Source: an uncultured Acidimicrobiaceae bacterium (GTDB lineage: Bacteria; Actinomycetota; Acidimicrobiia; Spongiisociales; UBA5794). Taken from it: a DNA stretch of 51,939 bases. Positions 27,601-36,983 of the stretch are shown piece by piece. Both the position numbers and the translations under genes were made by a program. The notes beneath the pieces are model-generated. The model worked only from the letters and a program-made list of their open reading frames with translations, searched no databases and was not told the origin of the DNA. How positions within the stretch are numbered: position 1 is the stretch's first letter; each line of letters starts with the position of its first letter. Location of the stretch: NCBI GenBank assembly GCA_964387145.1, contig CAYLVM010000004.1, positions 2,796 to 54,734 on the forward strand. Reading direction: 5' to 3'.

Positions 27601-27624
27601 CATGTACATGCACATACGTACTCT
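27601..27624 (+). promoter_or_regulatory. Palindromic operator and -10 element upstream of pruA
   Basis: Perfect palindrome CATGTACATG (27601-27610) just upstream of TACTCT (27619-27624) in an AT-rich patch. Confidence 0.45.
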
Positions 27625-27658
27625 TGCTGTGGACGCCTATCGATCTCGAGGAGACACC

Positions 27659-29209
27659 GTGCTGAATCCGTACCTCACAGAGCCGTATTCCGACTTCTCG
27701 GACCCCACGAATGCTGAGGCGTATCGCCGCGCCCTGGCCACCGTCGAGCAGGAACTCGGGGAGCGGTCCCTTCTCGTGATCGGGGAAAAGCACGTCGATA
27801 CGAGAGCAACGATCGAGTCGGTCAACCCGGCCGCGCCGGACCAGCACGTGGGCACCTCTGCTGCGGCTTCCACCGCGCATGTCGATGAGGCTCTCGACGC
27901 TGCGTGGGCGGCGTACCCCGACTGGTCGGGGCGGACGGCGGAGGAACGCGCCGGCCTGATCTATCGCGTGGGAGACCTCATCGCGGAACGGAAGTTCGAG
28001 TTCGCAGCCTGGCAGACGTTCGAGGCAGGAAAGAACTGGGCAGAGGCGGAGGCCGACGTCGCCGAAACGATCGATTTCTGTCGCTACTACGCGCTCCAGT
28101 CGTTGCGGCTCGCCGAACCGGTCGACCTGGCACCGTGTCCGGGTGAGGTGAACGAGGCGTGGCTCCAGGCGCTCGGCGCAGGCGTGGTGATACCGCCGTG
28201 GAACTTCCCGCTGGCGATCCTCGTAGGGATGACCATCGGGCCGGTTGTGGCAGGCAACACCGTCGTCGTCAAGCCTGCGTCCAACACTCCGCTCGTGGGC
28301 TGGGGTTTCATGAAGGTGCTCGAGGATGCCGGGCTGCCGCCGGGTGTCGTGAACTATCTGCCGGGTTCGGGTGGCGAGATCGGTGACTCGCTCGTCGACC
28401 ACCCGCGCACGAGGTTCGTCAACTTCACCGGCTCGAAGGAAGTCGGGCTCCGAATCGGGGAACGCTCGGCCAAGGTCCATGAAGGCCAGAAGTGGCTCAA
28501 ACGTTCCTATATGGAGATGGGAGGCAAGGACGCCCTCATCATCGACGACACATGCGACCTCGATGCGGCTGCCGCCGATGCTGTGGCATCGGCTTTCGGC
28601 TTTCAGGGCCAGAAGTGCTCGGCGTGTTCACGCCTCATCGTCTTCGAGTCCGTCCACGACGCCGTACTCGACAAGGTCGTAGACATCGCATCACGACTCA
28701 GCGTCGGCCCGCCGCGTGAGAACCACGCGATGGGGCCCGTGATCTCGGCCGCACAGCACGCGTCGATCCTGTCCGAGATCCAGCGCGGTCTCGATGAGGG
28801 GAATCTCGTCATGGGGGGCAAGCCGATCGATCGCGACGGCGGCTACTACATCGAACCGACGGTGTTCGACGCTGTGGATCCCAATGCGCGCCTTGCGCAA
28901 CACGAGATCTTCGGCCCTGTGCTGTCCGTGATCACTGTCAAGGACTTCGATGAAGCGCTCTCGGTGGCCAACGGAACGGAGTTCGGCCTCACCGGTGGCG
29001 TGCACTCGAACGACGAGCGTCGGCTCGAACGGGCCAAACGTGAGTTCCACGTCGGGAACTTGTACCTCAACCGCAAGATCACCGGTGCCCTCGTCGGCAT
29101 CCAACCGTTCGGCGGGTTCAACATGTCGGGGAGCAACGCCAAGGCGGGAGGACCGGACTACCTCCGCCTGTTCATGGAGATGAAGACGGTCAGCCGAAAG
29201 ATGACGTAG
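27659..29209 (+). CDS. pruA: L-glutamate gamma-semialdehyde (P5C) dehydrogenase
   Basis: PWNFP, FTGS, EMGGK, FQGQKCSACSR, EIFGP and GNLYLNRKITGA motifs; SD GAGGAG before GTG. Confidence 0.95.
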   Translation: MLNPYLTEPYSDFSDPTNAEAYRRALATVEQELGERSLLVIGEKHVDTRATIESVNPAAPDQHVGTSAAASTAHVDEALDAAWAAYPDWSGRTAEERAGLIYRVGDLIAERKFEFAAWQTFEAGKNWAEAEADVAETIDFCRYYALQSLRLAEPVDLAPCPGEVNEAWLQALGAGVVIPPWNFPLAILVGMTIGPVVAGNTVVVKPASNTPLVGWGFMKVLEDAGLPPGVVNYLPGSGGEIGDSLVDHPRTRFVNFTGSKEVGLRIGERSAKVHEGQKWLKRSYMEMGGKDALIIDDTCDLDAAAADAVASAFGFQGQKCSACSRLIVFESVHDAVLDKVVDIASRLSVGPPRENHAMGPVISAAQHASILSEIQRGLDEGNLVMGGKPIDRDGGYYIEPTVFDAVDPNARLAQHEIFGPVLSVITVKDFDEALSVANGTEFGLTGGVHSNDERRLERAKREFHVGNLYLNRKITGALVGIQPFGGFNMSGSNAKAGGPDYLRLFMEMKTVSRKMT

Positions 29210-29239
29210 CGGTTCGCGAGGCTGGCGCCTCGCGAACCG
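29210..29239. terminator. Hairpin between convergent genes
   Basis: Perfect 13-bp stem CGGTTCGCGAGGC/GCCTCGCGAACCG immediately after the pruA stop. Confidence 0.75.
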
Positions 29240-29242
29240 GAT

Positions 29243-29391
29243 ACCTGGAAGATTCGCGAATAGGAGCAGTCGTTCACCGTTGACCGACGAAGCGCAAGCA
29301 TCCAGAAACTGCCCCGGTTTCCGACTGTGAACTGTGATCTGTGAGCTGTAAACCCATCGATCACATTCACCTATTCGCTGTTCTTCTGGGT
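29243..29391. other. Structured intergenic element (candidate ncRNA or miniature inverted-repeat element)
   Basis: Closing stem GCGAATAGG/CCTATTCGC, several internal stems and a heptamer array. Confidence 0.45.
29325..29352. repeat. Tandem heptamer repeat x4
   Basis: CTGTGAA CTGTGAT CTGTGAG CTGTAAA. Confidence 0.75.
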
Positions 29392-29402
29392 GCTTGGCGG
29401 TC

Positions 29403-30335
29403 CTACTTGCCGGTGTAGGTGTACCAGATCACGGCGTTGCCAAGGGTGTCGGAGACGATCACGGTGTCTCCGCCGTTGGACCATACGGGTGTGTCCGAAC
29501 ACCACTTGATACTGTCGGGCGGACCGCCGTCACAGCCTGTCACGACCGTGACGGAGTCTCCAGGGGCCAACACCGTGTTCTTGGGGAACGTGAGTCGGTT
29601 CGACGAGCTCTCGTCCCGCAGCGTCCATCCACTGAACGACACCCTGCCGTACCCCTCGTTGATGAACGTGACGTACTCCTGATCGAGGGCATCGTCGTCG
29701 GGTCCTTGCGGATCGAACTGGATCTCCCCGACACGCACCACGGGCCGATCGGCACGGATAGCTTCGCCATCGCCGCAGACGATCGTGCCCCACATTCCCT
29801 TCCCGGACTGGTAGGCACGCGCTTCGATGTCCTTCAGGTCGCTTTGGAACGGGCCACCGTTCTGAACTGCCAGGGCGTTGCCGTCGGCGACGAGCGTCGC
29901 GTTGAGGAACTCGGCACCTGTGTCGGTTTCCAGATAGGCGTATCTCAGCAGCCGTCCGAACTGGTCGACGTCGGTCTCACCTGCGACGAGTACGAGTTCA
30001 CGGTTGGTGACCTGAGCGGCGAGGAGAGCGCTCGCCTCTGGACCCCAGCACTCGTTGAGTTCCGGGGCGTTGATGCCGTCGAGGCGAACGATGACCTCGC
30101 TGCCGGCGATGAGCATCGAGAGGGTGTCTCCGTCGGTGACGGCGGTCACCGTACCGACCTCCCGATCCTCAACAGGGGGAAGCGTCGGAGTCGTCGTCGT
30201 AGCGGACTCACCGAGTGGAATCGTGGTCGTCGATGTCGTGCTCTCCTCGAACTCAGGGGGCAACGGACGTGTCGAGGTACACGCAGCCGCCACAAGAGCG
30301 ATCGCTGAAATCAGCGGGATGATTCGTCTCCACAT
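29403..30335 (-). CDS. Thermonuclease (SNase) + lamin-tail domain lipoprotein
   Basis: Lipobox AAAC; Thr-rich linker; DGDT, VRLDGINAPE and DQFGRLLRY motifs; LTD motifs EYVTF.N, GWTL.D, VWSNGGD. Confidence 0.92.
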   Translation of the reverse strand: MWRRIIPLISAIALVAAACTSTRPLPPEFEESTTSTTTIPLGESATTTTPTLPPVEDREVGTVTAVTDGDTLSMLIAGSEVIVRLDGINAPELNECWGPEASALLAAQVTNRELVLVAGETDVDQFGRLLRYAYLETDTGAEFLNATLVADGNALAVQNGGPFQSDLKDIEARAYQSGKGMWGTIVCGDGEAIRADRPVVRVGEIQFDPQGPDDDALDQEYVTFINEGYGRVSFSGWTLRDESSSNRLTFPKNTVLAPGDSVTVVTGCDGGPPDSIKWCSDTPVWSNGGDTVIVSDTLGNAVIWYTYTGK

Positions 30336-30421
30336 GACACAACGGTATAGCGAGTTCTCACGAACTCGTTGCATCCGAATCCTAGAGTGAGCGGACATCG
30401 TCGATTCGAGAGGAAACAACT

Positions 30422-31186
30422 GTGGAGAATACGCTCGACCTCACCGGCAAGGTGGCACTCGTCACCGGTGGTAACCACGGGATCGGTCTCGGCATGGCCG
30501 AGGGCATGGCAGCAGCAGGCGCCTCCGTCGTGATCTGGGGTAGGAACGAAGTCCGTAACGCCGAAGCGATGGATCGTCTCGCGCTGTTCGGCGGTGAATC
30601 TCTGGCACTTCGCGTGGACGTAGCCGACGAGCAAGCGGTCGTCGATGGGTTCCAAGCCACGGTCGATGCGTTCGGAGCAGTCGATGCTGTCTTTGCGAAC
30701 GCCGGAGTCGGCGCCGGTGCAACGGCGTTTCACGAGATGACGACCGAGGAGTGGCGTTGGATCTTCAACGTGAACATGGAAGGCGTGTTCTGGACGTTCC
30801 GCGAGGCGGTCAAGCACATGAAGTCGCGAGGATCGGGGTCCCTCGTCGTGACGTCGTCGATCTCGGCAGACATGGGGTTCCCACGTGGCGAGCACTACGC
30901 GGCGACGAAGGCGGCAGTGCGAGCCTTGATTCAGGGGATCGCCGTTGAGTACGGAAAGTATGGGATACGCGCGAACGCCATCTCACCGGGATGGGTCATC
31001 ACCGGGATGACGGATGGATTCCTCGAAGGTGAGCGGTTCGAGGCAACCGTCAAGCCGCGGATTCCTCTCGGACGGTGGGGTTCACCTGAGGATTTCGGAG
31101 GTATCGCCGTCTATCTCGCATCGGATGCGTCCCGATGGCACACAGGTGACACGATCACCATCGACGGTGGCTACCTCAAGAAGTAG
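30422..31186 (+). CDS. Short-chain dehydrogenase/reductase
   Basis: TGGNHGIG, NAG and YAATK motifs. Confidence 0.92.
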   Translation: MENTLDLTGKVALVTGGNHGIGLGMAEGMAAAGASVVIWGRNEVRNAEAMDRLALFGGESLALRVDVADEQAVVDGFQATVDAFGAVDAVFANAGVGAGATAFHEMTTEEWRWIFNVNMEGVFWTFREAVKHMKSRGSGSLVVTSSISADMGFPRGEHYAATKAAVRALIQGIAVEYGKYGIRANAISPGWVITGMTDGFLEGERFEATVKPRIPLGRWGSPEDFGGIAVYLASDASRWHTGDTITIDGGYLKK

Positions 31187-31239
31187 GTCGTTTCCATGGT
31201 CCTAGAATCGGCTCACCGGAACCGACAAGCGAGGAAACC

Positions 31240-32154
31240 ATGATCACCTTCGATGAGCAGGTTGCGATCGTCACAGGAGCGGGCCAGGGGCTCGGCCGTT
31301 CACACGCCCTCGCACTGGCCGCCAGAGGCGCCAGGGTCGTCGTCAACGATCTTGGCGGGGCACGCGATGGCACCGGTGCTTCACGGACCGCCGCAGAGGC
31401 CGTCGTCGCTGAGATCGAGGCCGGCGGAGGCGAAGCCATCGCGAACGCCGCAGACGTCACCGATGTCGCTGCCGTCGACGAGATGATCGCAGAGGCGATC
31501 GACAGGTGGAGTCGTGTGGACATCCTGGTCAACAACGCAGGCATCCTTCGGGACAAGTCGTTCGCCAACATGGATCAGGCCGACTTCGATCTGGTCGTCA
31601 AGGTTCACCTCACCGGGACAGCGATCTGTACGAAGGCGGTGTGGGGCCACATGCGCGACCGTGGGTACGGCCGCATCGTCGTGACGACGTCATCATCGGG
31701 TCTCTACGGCAACTTCGGTCAGGCGAACTACGGCGCGGCGAAGATGGGCGTCGTCGGACTCATGAACACCTTGCGGGCCGAGGGAGCGAAGTACGACATC
31801 AGAGTCAACGCCCTTGCGCCGGTCGCTCACACCAGAATGACCGATGACCTCCTCCCCGATGAGGCGAAACGGCTGCTCGCGCCGGAGGAGGTGACTCCCG
31901 CGGTGCTGTTCCTCGTTGCGAAGGACGCTCCCAACGGCATGATCCTTGCGGCAGGCGCCGGAGGATTCGCAGCTGCTCGCATCGTCGAAACAGAGGGCAT
32001 CTGGCTCGAGCCGGGGGAGCGAACGCCTGAAGTGATCGCGGCCAGGATCGACGACATACTCGATCCCGCGGGCCAGCGTGAGTACACGGCCGGAGGGGAG
32101 CAATCGATGAAGTTCGTCGGAAAGGCGATGGAAGGTATGCAGGGCGCTGGATGA
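31240..32154 (+). CDS. SDR, 3-hydroxyacyl-CoA dehydrogenase type (MFE-2-like)
   Basis: [24 protein letters not shown] and [12 protein letters not shown] motifs. Confidence 0.92.
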   Translation: MITFDEQVAIVTGAGQGLGRSHALALAARGARVVVNDLGGARDGTGASRTAAEAVVAEIEAGGGEAIANAADVTDVAAVDEMIAEAIDRWSRVDILVNNAGILRDKSFANMDQADFDLVVKVHLTGTAICTKAVWGHMRDRGYGRIVVTTSSSGLYGNFGQANYGAAKMGVVGLMNTLRAEGAKYDIRVNALAPVAHTRMTDDLLPDEAKRLLAPEEVTPAVLFLVAKDAPNGMILAAGAGGFAAARIVETEGIWLEPGERTPEVIAARIDDILDPAGQREYTAGGEQSMKFVGKAMEGMQGAG

Positions 32155-32164
32155 GGAGAGCATC

Positions 32165-33346
32165 ATGAGAGAAGCGGTCATCGTCGCGGCGGCGAGAACT
32201 CCGATAGGCAAGGCGTACCGTGGGGCCTTCAACAACCTGGAAGCGCCCAGCCTCGGGGCCGTCCCCATCAAGGCGGCGGTGGAACGGGCCGGTGTAGAGC
32301 CCGGCGAGGTCGATGATGTCATCATCGGTTGTGCCATGCCCCAGGGAACGCAGTTCCCCAACCTCGGAAGGCTCGCAGCTCTTGCGGCGGATCTTCCAAC
32401 TTCGGTGAGCGGGATGACGATCGACCGGCAGTGTTCGTCCGGGATGATGGCGATCGCGACCGCAGCCAAACAGATCATGTACGACGGGATGAACGTTGTC
32501 GTAGCCGGTGGCATCGAGTCGATCTCTCTGGCACAGAACGAGCACACCAACATGTGGCGCATGATCGATCCTGCCCTCGTCGAGAAGCACCCTTCGGCAT
32601 ACATGTCGATGCTCACGACTGCTGAGGTCGTCGCCGAGCGGTTCGGTATCTCGCGTGACGCCCAGGACGAGTACGCGTATCAATCACAGATGCGCACAGC
32701 AGCGGCACAGGCAGCGGGAGCCTTCGACGAGGAGATCGTGCCCGTGACCGCCAACAAGATGCTCATGAATCGCGAGACGGGGGAGGTCACCTACGAGGAG
32801 GTGACGCTGACTCAGGACGAGGGGAACCGGCCTTCGACGACCCTCGAGGGACTTTCGAACCTGGGCGCGGTCAGCGACGGTGGAGTGATCACTGCCGGGA
32901 ATGCAAGCCAGCTGTCCGATGGAGCAGCCGCGACCGTTGTGATGGAGGCCTCACTGGCAGAGGAGCGGGGTCTCGAACCGCTCGGCTACTACCGCGGTAT
33001 CGCCGTTGCCGGCGTCGATCCCGACATCATGGGCATCGGCCCGGTGTACGCGGTTCCGAAACTTCTCGACAATGCCGGTCTGGCGATGGACGATATCGAT
33101 CTGTGGGAGCTCAACGAGGCTTTCGCCGTCCAGGTGCTCTACTGCCGGGACGAGCTCGGCATTCCGAACGACAAGCTCAACGTCGATGGAGGAGCGATCT
33201 CGATCGGTCACCCCTACGGGATGACCGGTGCACGGATGGTCACCCATGCGCTCATCGAGGGAAAGCGTCGCGGAGCGCGCTACGTCGTCGCCACCATGTG
33301 TGTTGGTGGAGGCATGGGAGCTGCTGGTCTCTTCGAGGTCGCTTGA
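32165..33346 (+). CDS. Acetyl-CoA acyltransferase (thiolase)
   Basis: RQCSSG, ELNEAFA, GHPYG and MCVGGGMG motifs. Confidence 0.95.
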   Translation: MREAVIVAAARTPIGKAYRGAFNNLEAPSLGAVPIKAAVERAGVEPGEVDDVIIGCAMPQGTQFPNLGRLAALAADLPTSVSGMTIDRQCSSGMMAIATAAKQIMYDGMNVVVAGGIESISLAQNEHTNMWRMIDPALVEKHPSAYMSMLTTAEVVAERFGISRDAQDEYAYQSQMRTAAAQAAGAFDEEIVPVTANKMLMNRETGEVTYEEVTLTQDEGNRPSTTLEGLSNLGAVSDGGVITAGNASQLSDGAAATVVMEASLAEERGLEPLGYYRGIAVAGVDPDIMGIGPVYAVPKLLDNAGLAMDDIDLWELNEAFAVQVLYCRDELGIPNDKLNVDGGAISIGHPYGMTGARMVTHALIEGKRRGARYVVATMCVGGGMGAAGLFEVA

Positions 33347-34332
33347 TGCGAGCGATCGTCTGCTCGCGGCTCGGTACACACGCCGATCTCGAGGTTCAGG
33401 ACGTTCCCGAACCCCCGCTAGCGCCCGGCTCGGTCCGTATCGCCATGGAAGCGGTCAGCCTGAACTTTCCAGATCTCTTGATGGTCCAGGGGTTGTACCA
33501 GTTCAAGGCAGAGCCGCCGTTCGTCCCCGGCGCCGAGGGAGCAGGGATCGTGCTCGAAGTGGGAGCCAACGTGGCCAACGTCGCTCCGGGCGACCGCGTG
33601 ATGGCGGTGGGCCTGACCGGAGCGTTCGCAGAGCAGTGGGTGGTCGACGCTGCGTCGGTCGTGCCGCTGCCCGACAGCATCGACTTCTCGACCGGCGCGG
33701 CACTGATGCTGACGTACGGAACCTCTTACCACGCGCTCATTCAACGAGCCGTTCTGACGCCCGATGACACGCTCCTCGTTCTCGGAGCAGCAGGTGGTGT
33801 CGGATCGGCGGCGGTCGACATCGCCAAGGCGATCGGAGCGACGGTGATCGCTGCTGCCAGCACCGACGAGAAGCTCGACTTCTGTCGATCGATCGGGGCC
33901 GACGCCACGATCAACTACACGACCGACAGCTTCAGGGATCGTCTCAAGGAGATCACCGCGGGGCAGGGCGTCGACGTCGTCTTCGACCCCGTCGGGGGAG
34001 AGCTCTCAGAGCAGGCGCTCCGATCGATCGCATGGGCAGGACGCTACCTCGTCATCGGATTCGCTTCAGGCGACATTCCGAAGATCCCTCTGAACCTGCC
34101 ACTGTTGAAGGGAGCTTCGATCGTGGGGGTCTGGTGGGGGACGTTCACCCAGCGAGAGCCCGACGTCAACAGGGAGAACACGGCTGCACTCTTCACGATG
34201 GTGGAGGATGGTCGCCTGGCTCCCCGAATCACGCGTACACTGCCGCTCGAAGAACACCGTTCGGCGTTCGACCTCCTCGCCTCACGATCGGCGACCGGCA
34301 AGGTCGTCATGACCATAGGCGCAGACGACTGA
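33346..34332 (+). CDS. NADPH:quinone oxidoreductase (MDR family)
   Basis: NFPD, PFVPGAE, GAAGGVG and GFASG motifs; TGATG coupling with the thiolase gene. Confidence 0.92.
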   Translation: MRAIVCSRLGTHADLEVQDVPEPPLAPGSVRIAMEAVSLNFPDLLMVQGLYQFKAEPPFVPGAEGAGIVLEVGANVANVAPGDRVMAVGLTGAFAEQWVVDAASVVPLPDSIDFSTGAALMLTYGTSYHALIQRAVLTPDDTLLVLGAAGGVGSAAVDIAKAIGATVIAAASTDEKLDFCRSIGADATINYTTDSFRDRLKEITAGQGVDVVFDPVGGELSEQALRSIAWAGRYLVIGFASGDIPKIPLNLPLLKGASIVGVWWGTFTQREPDVNRENTAALFTMVEDGRLAPRITRTLPLEEHRSAFDLLASRSATGKVVMTIGADD

Positions 34333-34345
34333 GGCAGGTTCGGCG

Positions 34346-35131
34346 TCAGGTTCCCGGAACGACACTCGATTGCAGCGTTTGCATCCCGGCTATCCACCTG
34401 TCGTAGTCGGTGGCTTTCCGCTGGAAGTACTCGCCGACTTCAGGGTGAGGCAGGATGAGGAAACGCTCCTCGGCGATCCCTGCGAGCACTGCGTCGGCGA
34501 CGTCATCGGTCGTGATCGCGAGGTTCCTGACCCAACCCTGCATCTCGGCGGTGTGTCCACCGAACGCTTCCAGCATTGGGGTATCGACGAACATCGGGCA
34601 GAGACACGACACGGCGATGCCGCGTTGACCGTACGTGACTGCGAGCCACTCGGCCAGAGCGACTGCCGCATGCTTCGTCACCGAGTACGGTGCTGCCCCG
34701 ATATTCGTCAAGAGGCCTGCAGCCGATGCGGTCACCAGGATGTACCCGGATCCGCGCTCGAGCATGCCCGGAAGGGCGTGGCGGGTGGCATACACGTGGG
34801 CCATCACGTTGACGTCCCACGTTCGCTGCCAATCCTCATTGGGGGCATCGACAGATCCATCGGTCGGGATGCCTGCGTTGAGGCAGAGCAGATCGATTGC
34901 CCCATGAGTCCTTTCTACTTGTTCGATGACCGATCGGTTCTGTTCCTCGTCGCTGACATCGAGGAGCGCCGCTTCGCCGTTGATGGCCACTGCGACCTCC
35001 CGAGCACGGTCGATGTCGATGTCCGCGACGATCACGGCTCCTGCGCCACTTTCGGCGAACCGTCTCGCCATGGCAGCTCCGATGCCGCTTGCGCCACCGG
35101 TGATCAAGACCACTTTGTCTCTGATGTCCAC
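34346..35131 (-). CDS. Short-chain dehydrogenase/reductase
   Basis: TGGASGIG, NAG and YSVTK motifs. Confidence 0.92.
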   Translation of the reverse strand: MDIRDKVVLITGGASGIGAAMARRFAESGAGAVIVADIDIDRAREVAVAINGEAALLDVSDEEQNRSVIEQVERTHGAIDLLCLNAGIPTDGSVDAPNEDWQRTWDVNVMAHVYATRHALPGMLERGSGYILVTASAAGLLTNIGAAPYSVTKHAAVALAEWLAVTYGQRGIAVSCLCPMFVDTPMLEAFGGHTAEMQGWVRNLAITTDDVADAVLAGIAEERFLILPHPEVGEYFQRKATDYDRWIAGMQTLQSSVVPGT

Positions 35132-35240
35132 GTCTCGCCTTTCATGTGCTTCGTATCCAGTTTGGCACGACGTTGCATCGACCGAGATGTGCCGTCGCTC
35201 CAGGAGGTAGGTCGTTGGTCGCGCACACCATCTCGGCAGT

Positions 35241-35258
35241 TGGTAAACTGTCGTTCAC
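35241..35258 (+). promoter_or_regulatory. Extended -10 promoter overlapped by a putative TetR operator
   Basis: TGnTAAACT (35241-35249) overlapped by the imperfect palindrome GTAAAC-N4-GTTCAC (35243-35258). Confidence 0.5.
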
Positions 35259-35276
35259 ATTCGTGGAAAGGATGAC

Positions 35277-35744
35277 ATGACTGCCGTTCCCGTTGACCAA
35301 CTCGCCTCGTACGTCGGAACCGAGATCGGGCGGTCCGACTGGTTCACGATCGATCAAGAGCGCATCGACAAGTTTGCCGATGTGACGCTCGATGACCAAT
35401 GGATTCACACGGACGCCGATGCGGCAACGAGAGGCCCTTTCGGCAAGACGATCGCGCACGGGTTCCTCACGCTATCGATGCTGAGCCATCTGTCGGGTGA
35501 CGCCAACGTCGTTCCCGAAGGTGCTGCCATGGTCATCAACTACGGCAGCGACAAGGTCCGCTTTCTCTCCCCGGTCACCGTCGACTCCCGGATCAGGGCC
35601 GTGTCAACGCTCAAGGCCGTCAGGGAGAAGTCCCCAGGCCAGTACCTCCTGACCTCACACGTCGTGGTGGAGATCGAAGGAGAAGAGACGCCGGCACTCG
35701 TTGCAGACGTCTTGACCCTGGCGATCGTGCCGCCCCAAACCTAG
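35277..35744 (+). CDS. MaoC family dehydratase
   Basis: FADVTLDDQWIH.D and TIAHGFLTLS motifs. Confidence 0.93.
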   Translation: MTAVPVDQLASYVGTEIGRSDWFTIDQERIDKFADVTLDDQWIHTDADAATRGPFGKTIAHGFLTLSMLSHLSGDANVVPEGAAMVINYGSDKVRFLSPVTVDSRIRAVSTLKAVREKSPGQYLLTSHVVVEIEGEETPALVADVLTLAIVPPQT

Positions 35745-35777
35745 ATCACCGGACAGTTCGCCATGGAGGCCCACGAA

Positions 35778-36983
35778 GTGACAGATACGACAACGGATGT
35801 GACGACCGTCGAGACCGCCATCGAGACACTTCTTGCAGAGTATCCGCCCGATGCCACCGAACCCGGCGTCTTTTGGGGAGCACAGTTCGACGCCGGACTC
35901 GCATTCGTCGACTTCCCGGTTGGACATGGCGGCCTCGGTGTATCTCCGAAGTTCCGTGAACTGATCGCGCGAAAGCTCCCCGAGGCCGGAGCGCCGACGT
36001 GGAACCGAACGGCGAACGTGCTCGGTATCGGGATGGGGGCGGGCGTCCTTGCAACGCATGGGACGAGTGAGCAGATGACGCGCTGGCTCCGGCCGATGTT
36101 CACGATGGAGGAGATCTGGTGTCAGATGTTCTCAGAGCCCGGCGCCGGATCCGACATAGCGGGCCTGTCGACCCGTGCGATCCGAGACGGCGACGAATGG
36201 GTGATCAACGGCCAGAAGGTGTGGACGACGTTGGCTCACCTCGCCAAGTGGGGGATGCTCGTGACGAGGACCGATCCAGATCAACCCAAACACAAGGGTC
36301 TCACCTACTTCATCGTCGACATGGAGTCCGACGGCGTCGAGATCCGTCCCCTGTATCAGATCACGGGCGAGGCCGAGTTCAATGAGGTGTTCTTTGATGA
36401 CACCCGTATCCCCGACACGAACCGGATCGATGACGTCGGCGCGGGGTGGAGAGTCGCTATGACAACACTCATGAACGAGCGTGTCGCGATCGGGGGTAGC
36501 ACGGTTCCGAGGAACTCGGGGACGATCGGCACGGCGATGGACGTGTGGCGTTCGTCGGGTTCGAGAGACCAGTCACAACGTCGAGAGCTTGCAAGACTTT
36601 GGGGAGAGATGGAGGCGTTGCGACTCACGGCGATACGCGCGACGGAGAACATGAAGGCCGGTGTTCCCGGACCGGAGGGTTCGACGGGGAAACTCGCATG
36701 GGCCGACCTCAACAAGGAGGTCACGTCTTTCACCCTTTCGATGCTCGGCTTCGAGGGGGCAACGATCCCGGAGGGGTACACCCTCGAGGCGACGACGTAC
36801 GACACCCGTCAGGTTGAGCGGGTGATGAGCCCACAACGACAGTTCTTGCGAGCACGAGCGAACAGCATCGAGGGGGGAACGTCAGAGATCATGCGCAACA
36901 TCATTGGCGAACGGGTCCTCGGGCTCCCCGGGGAGCCCCGAGTGGACAAGGACCTGCCGTGGAAGGAGGTTCCCCGTGGCTGA
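35778..36983 (+). CDS. Acyl-CoA dehydrogenase
   Basis: WCQMFSEPGAGSD, NGQKVWT and SIEGGTSEI motifs; SD GGAGG before GTG (ATG 35763 possible). Confidence 0.93.
   Translation: MTDTTTDVTTVETAIETLLAEYPPDATEPGVFWGAQFDAGLAFVDFPVGHGGLGVSPKFRELIARKLPEAGAPTWNRTANVLGIGMGAGVLATHGTSEQMTRWLRPMFTMEEIWCQMFSEPGAGSDIAGLSTRAIRDGDEWVINGQKVWTTLAHLAKWGMLVTRTDPDQPKHKGLTYFIVDMESDGVEIRPLYQITGEAEFNEVFFDDTRIPDTNRIDDVGAGWRVAMTTLMNERVAIGGSTVPRNSGTIGTAMDVWRSSGSRDQSQRRELARLWGEMEALRLTAIRATENMKAGVPGPEGSTGKLAWADLNKEVTSFTLSMLGFEGATIPEGYTLEATTYDTRQVERVMSPQRQFLRARANSIEGGTSEIMRNIIGERVLGLPGEPRVDKDLPWKEVPRG

Noticed and set aside
27080-27658. 709-aa PruA with an N-terminal extension (PutA-like fusion)
   Set aside because: The extension is the antisense of the response regulator; a good SD precedes GTG 27659 and no proline dehydrogenase motifs are present.
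29243-29391. 6S RNA, hammerhead ribozyme or CRISPR array
   Set aside because: Branched rather than rod-with-bubble, no CUGANGA core, and the 7-bp repeats have no spacers. Kept only as an unknown structured element.
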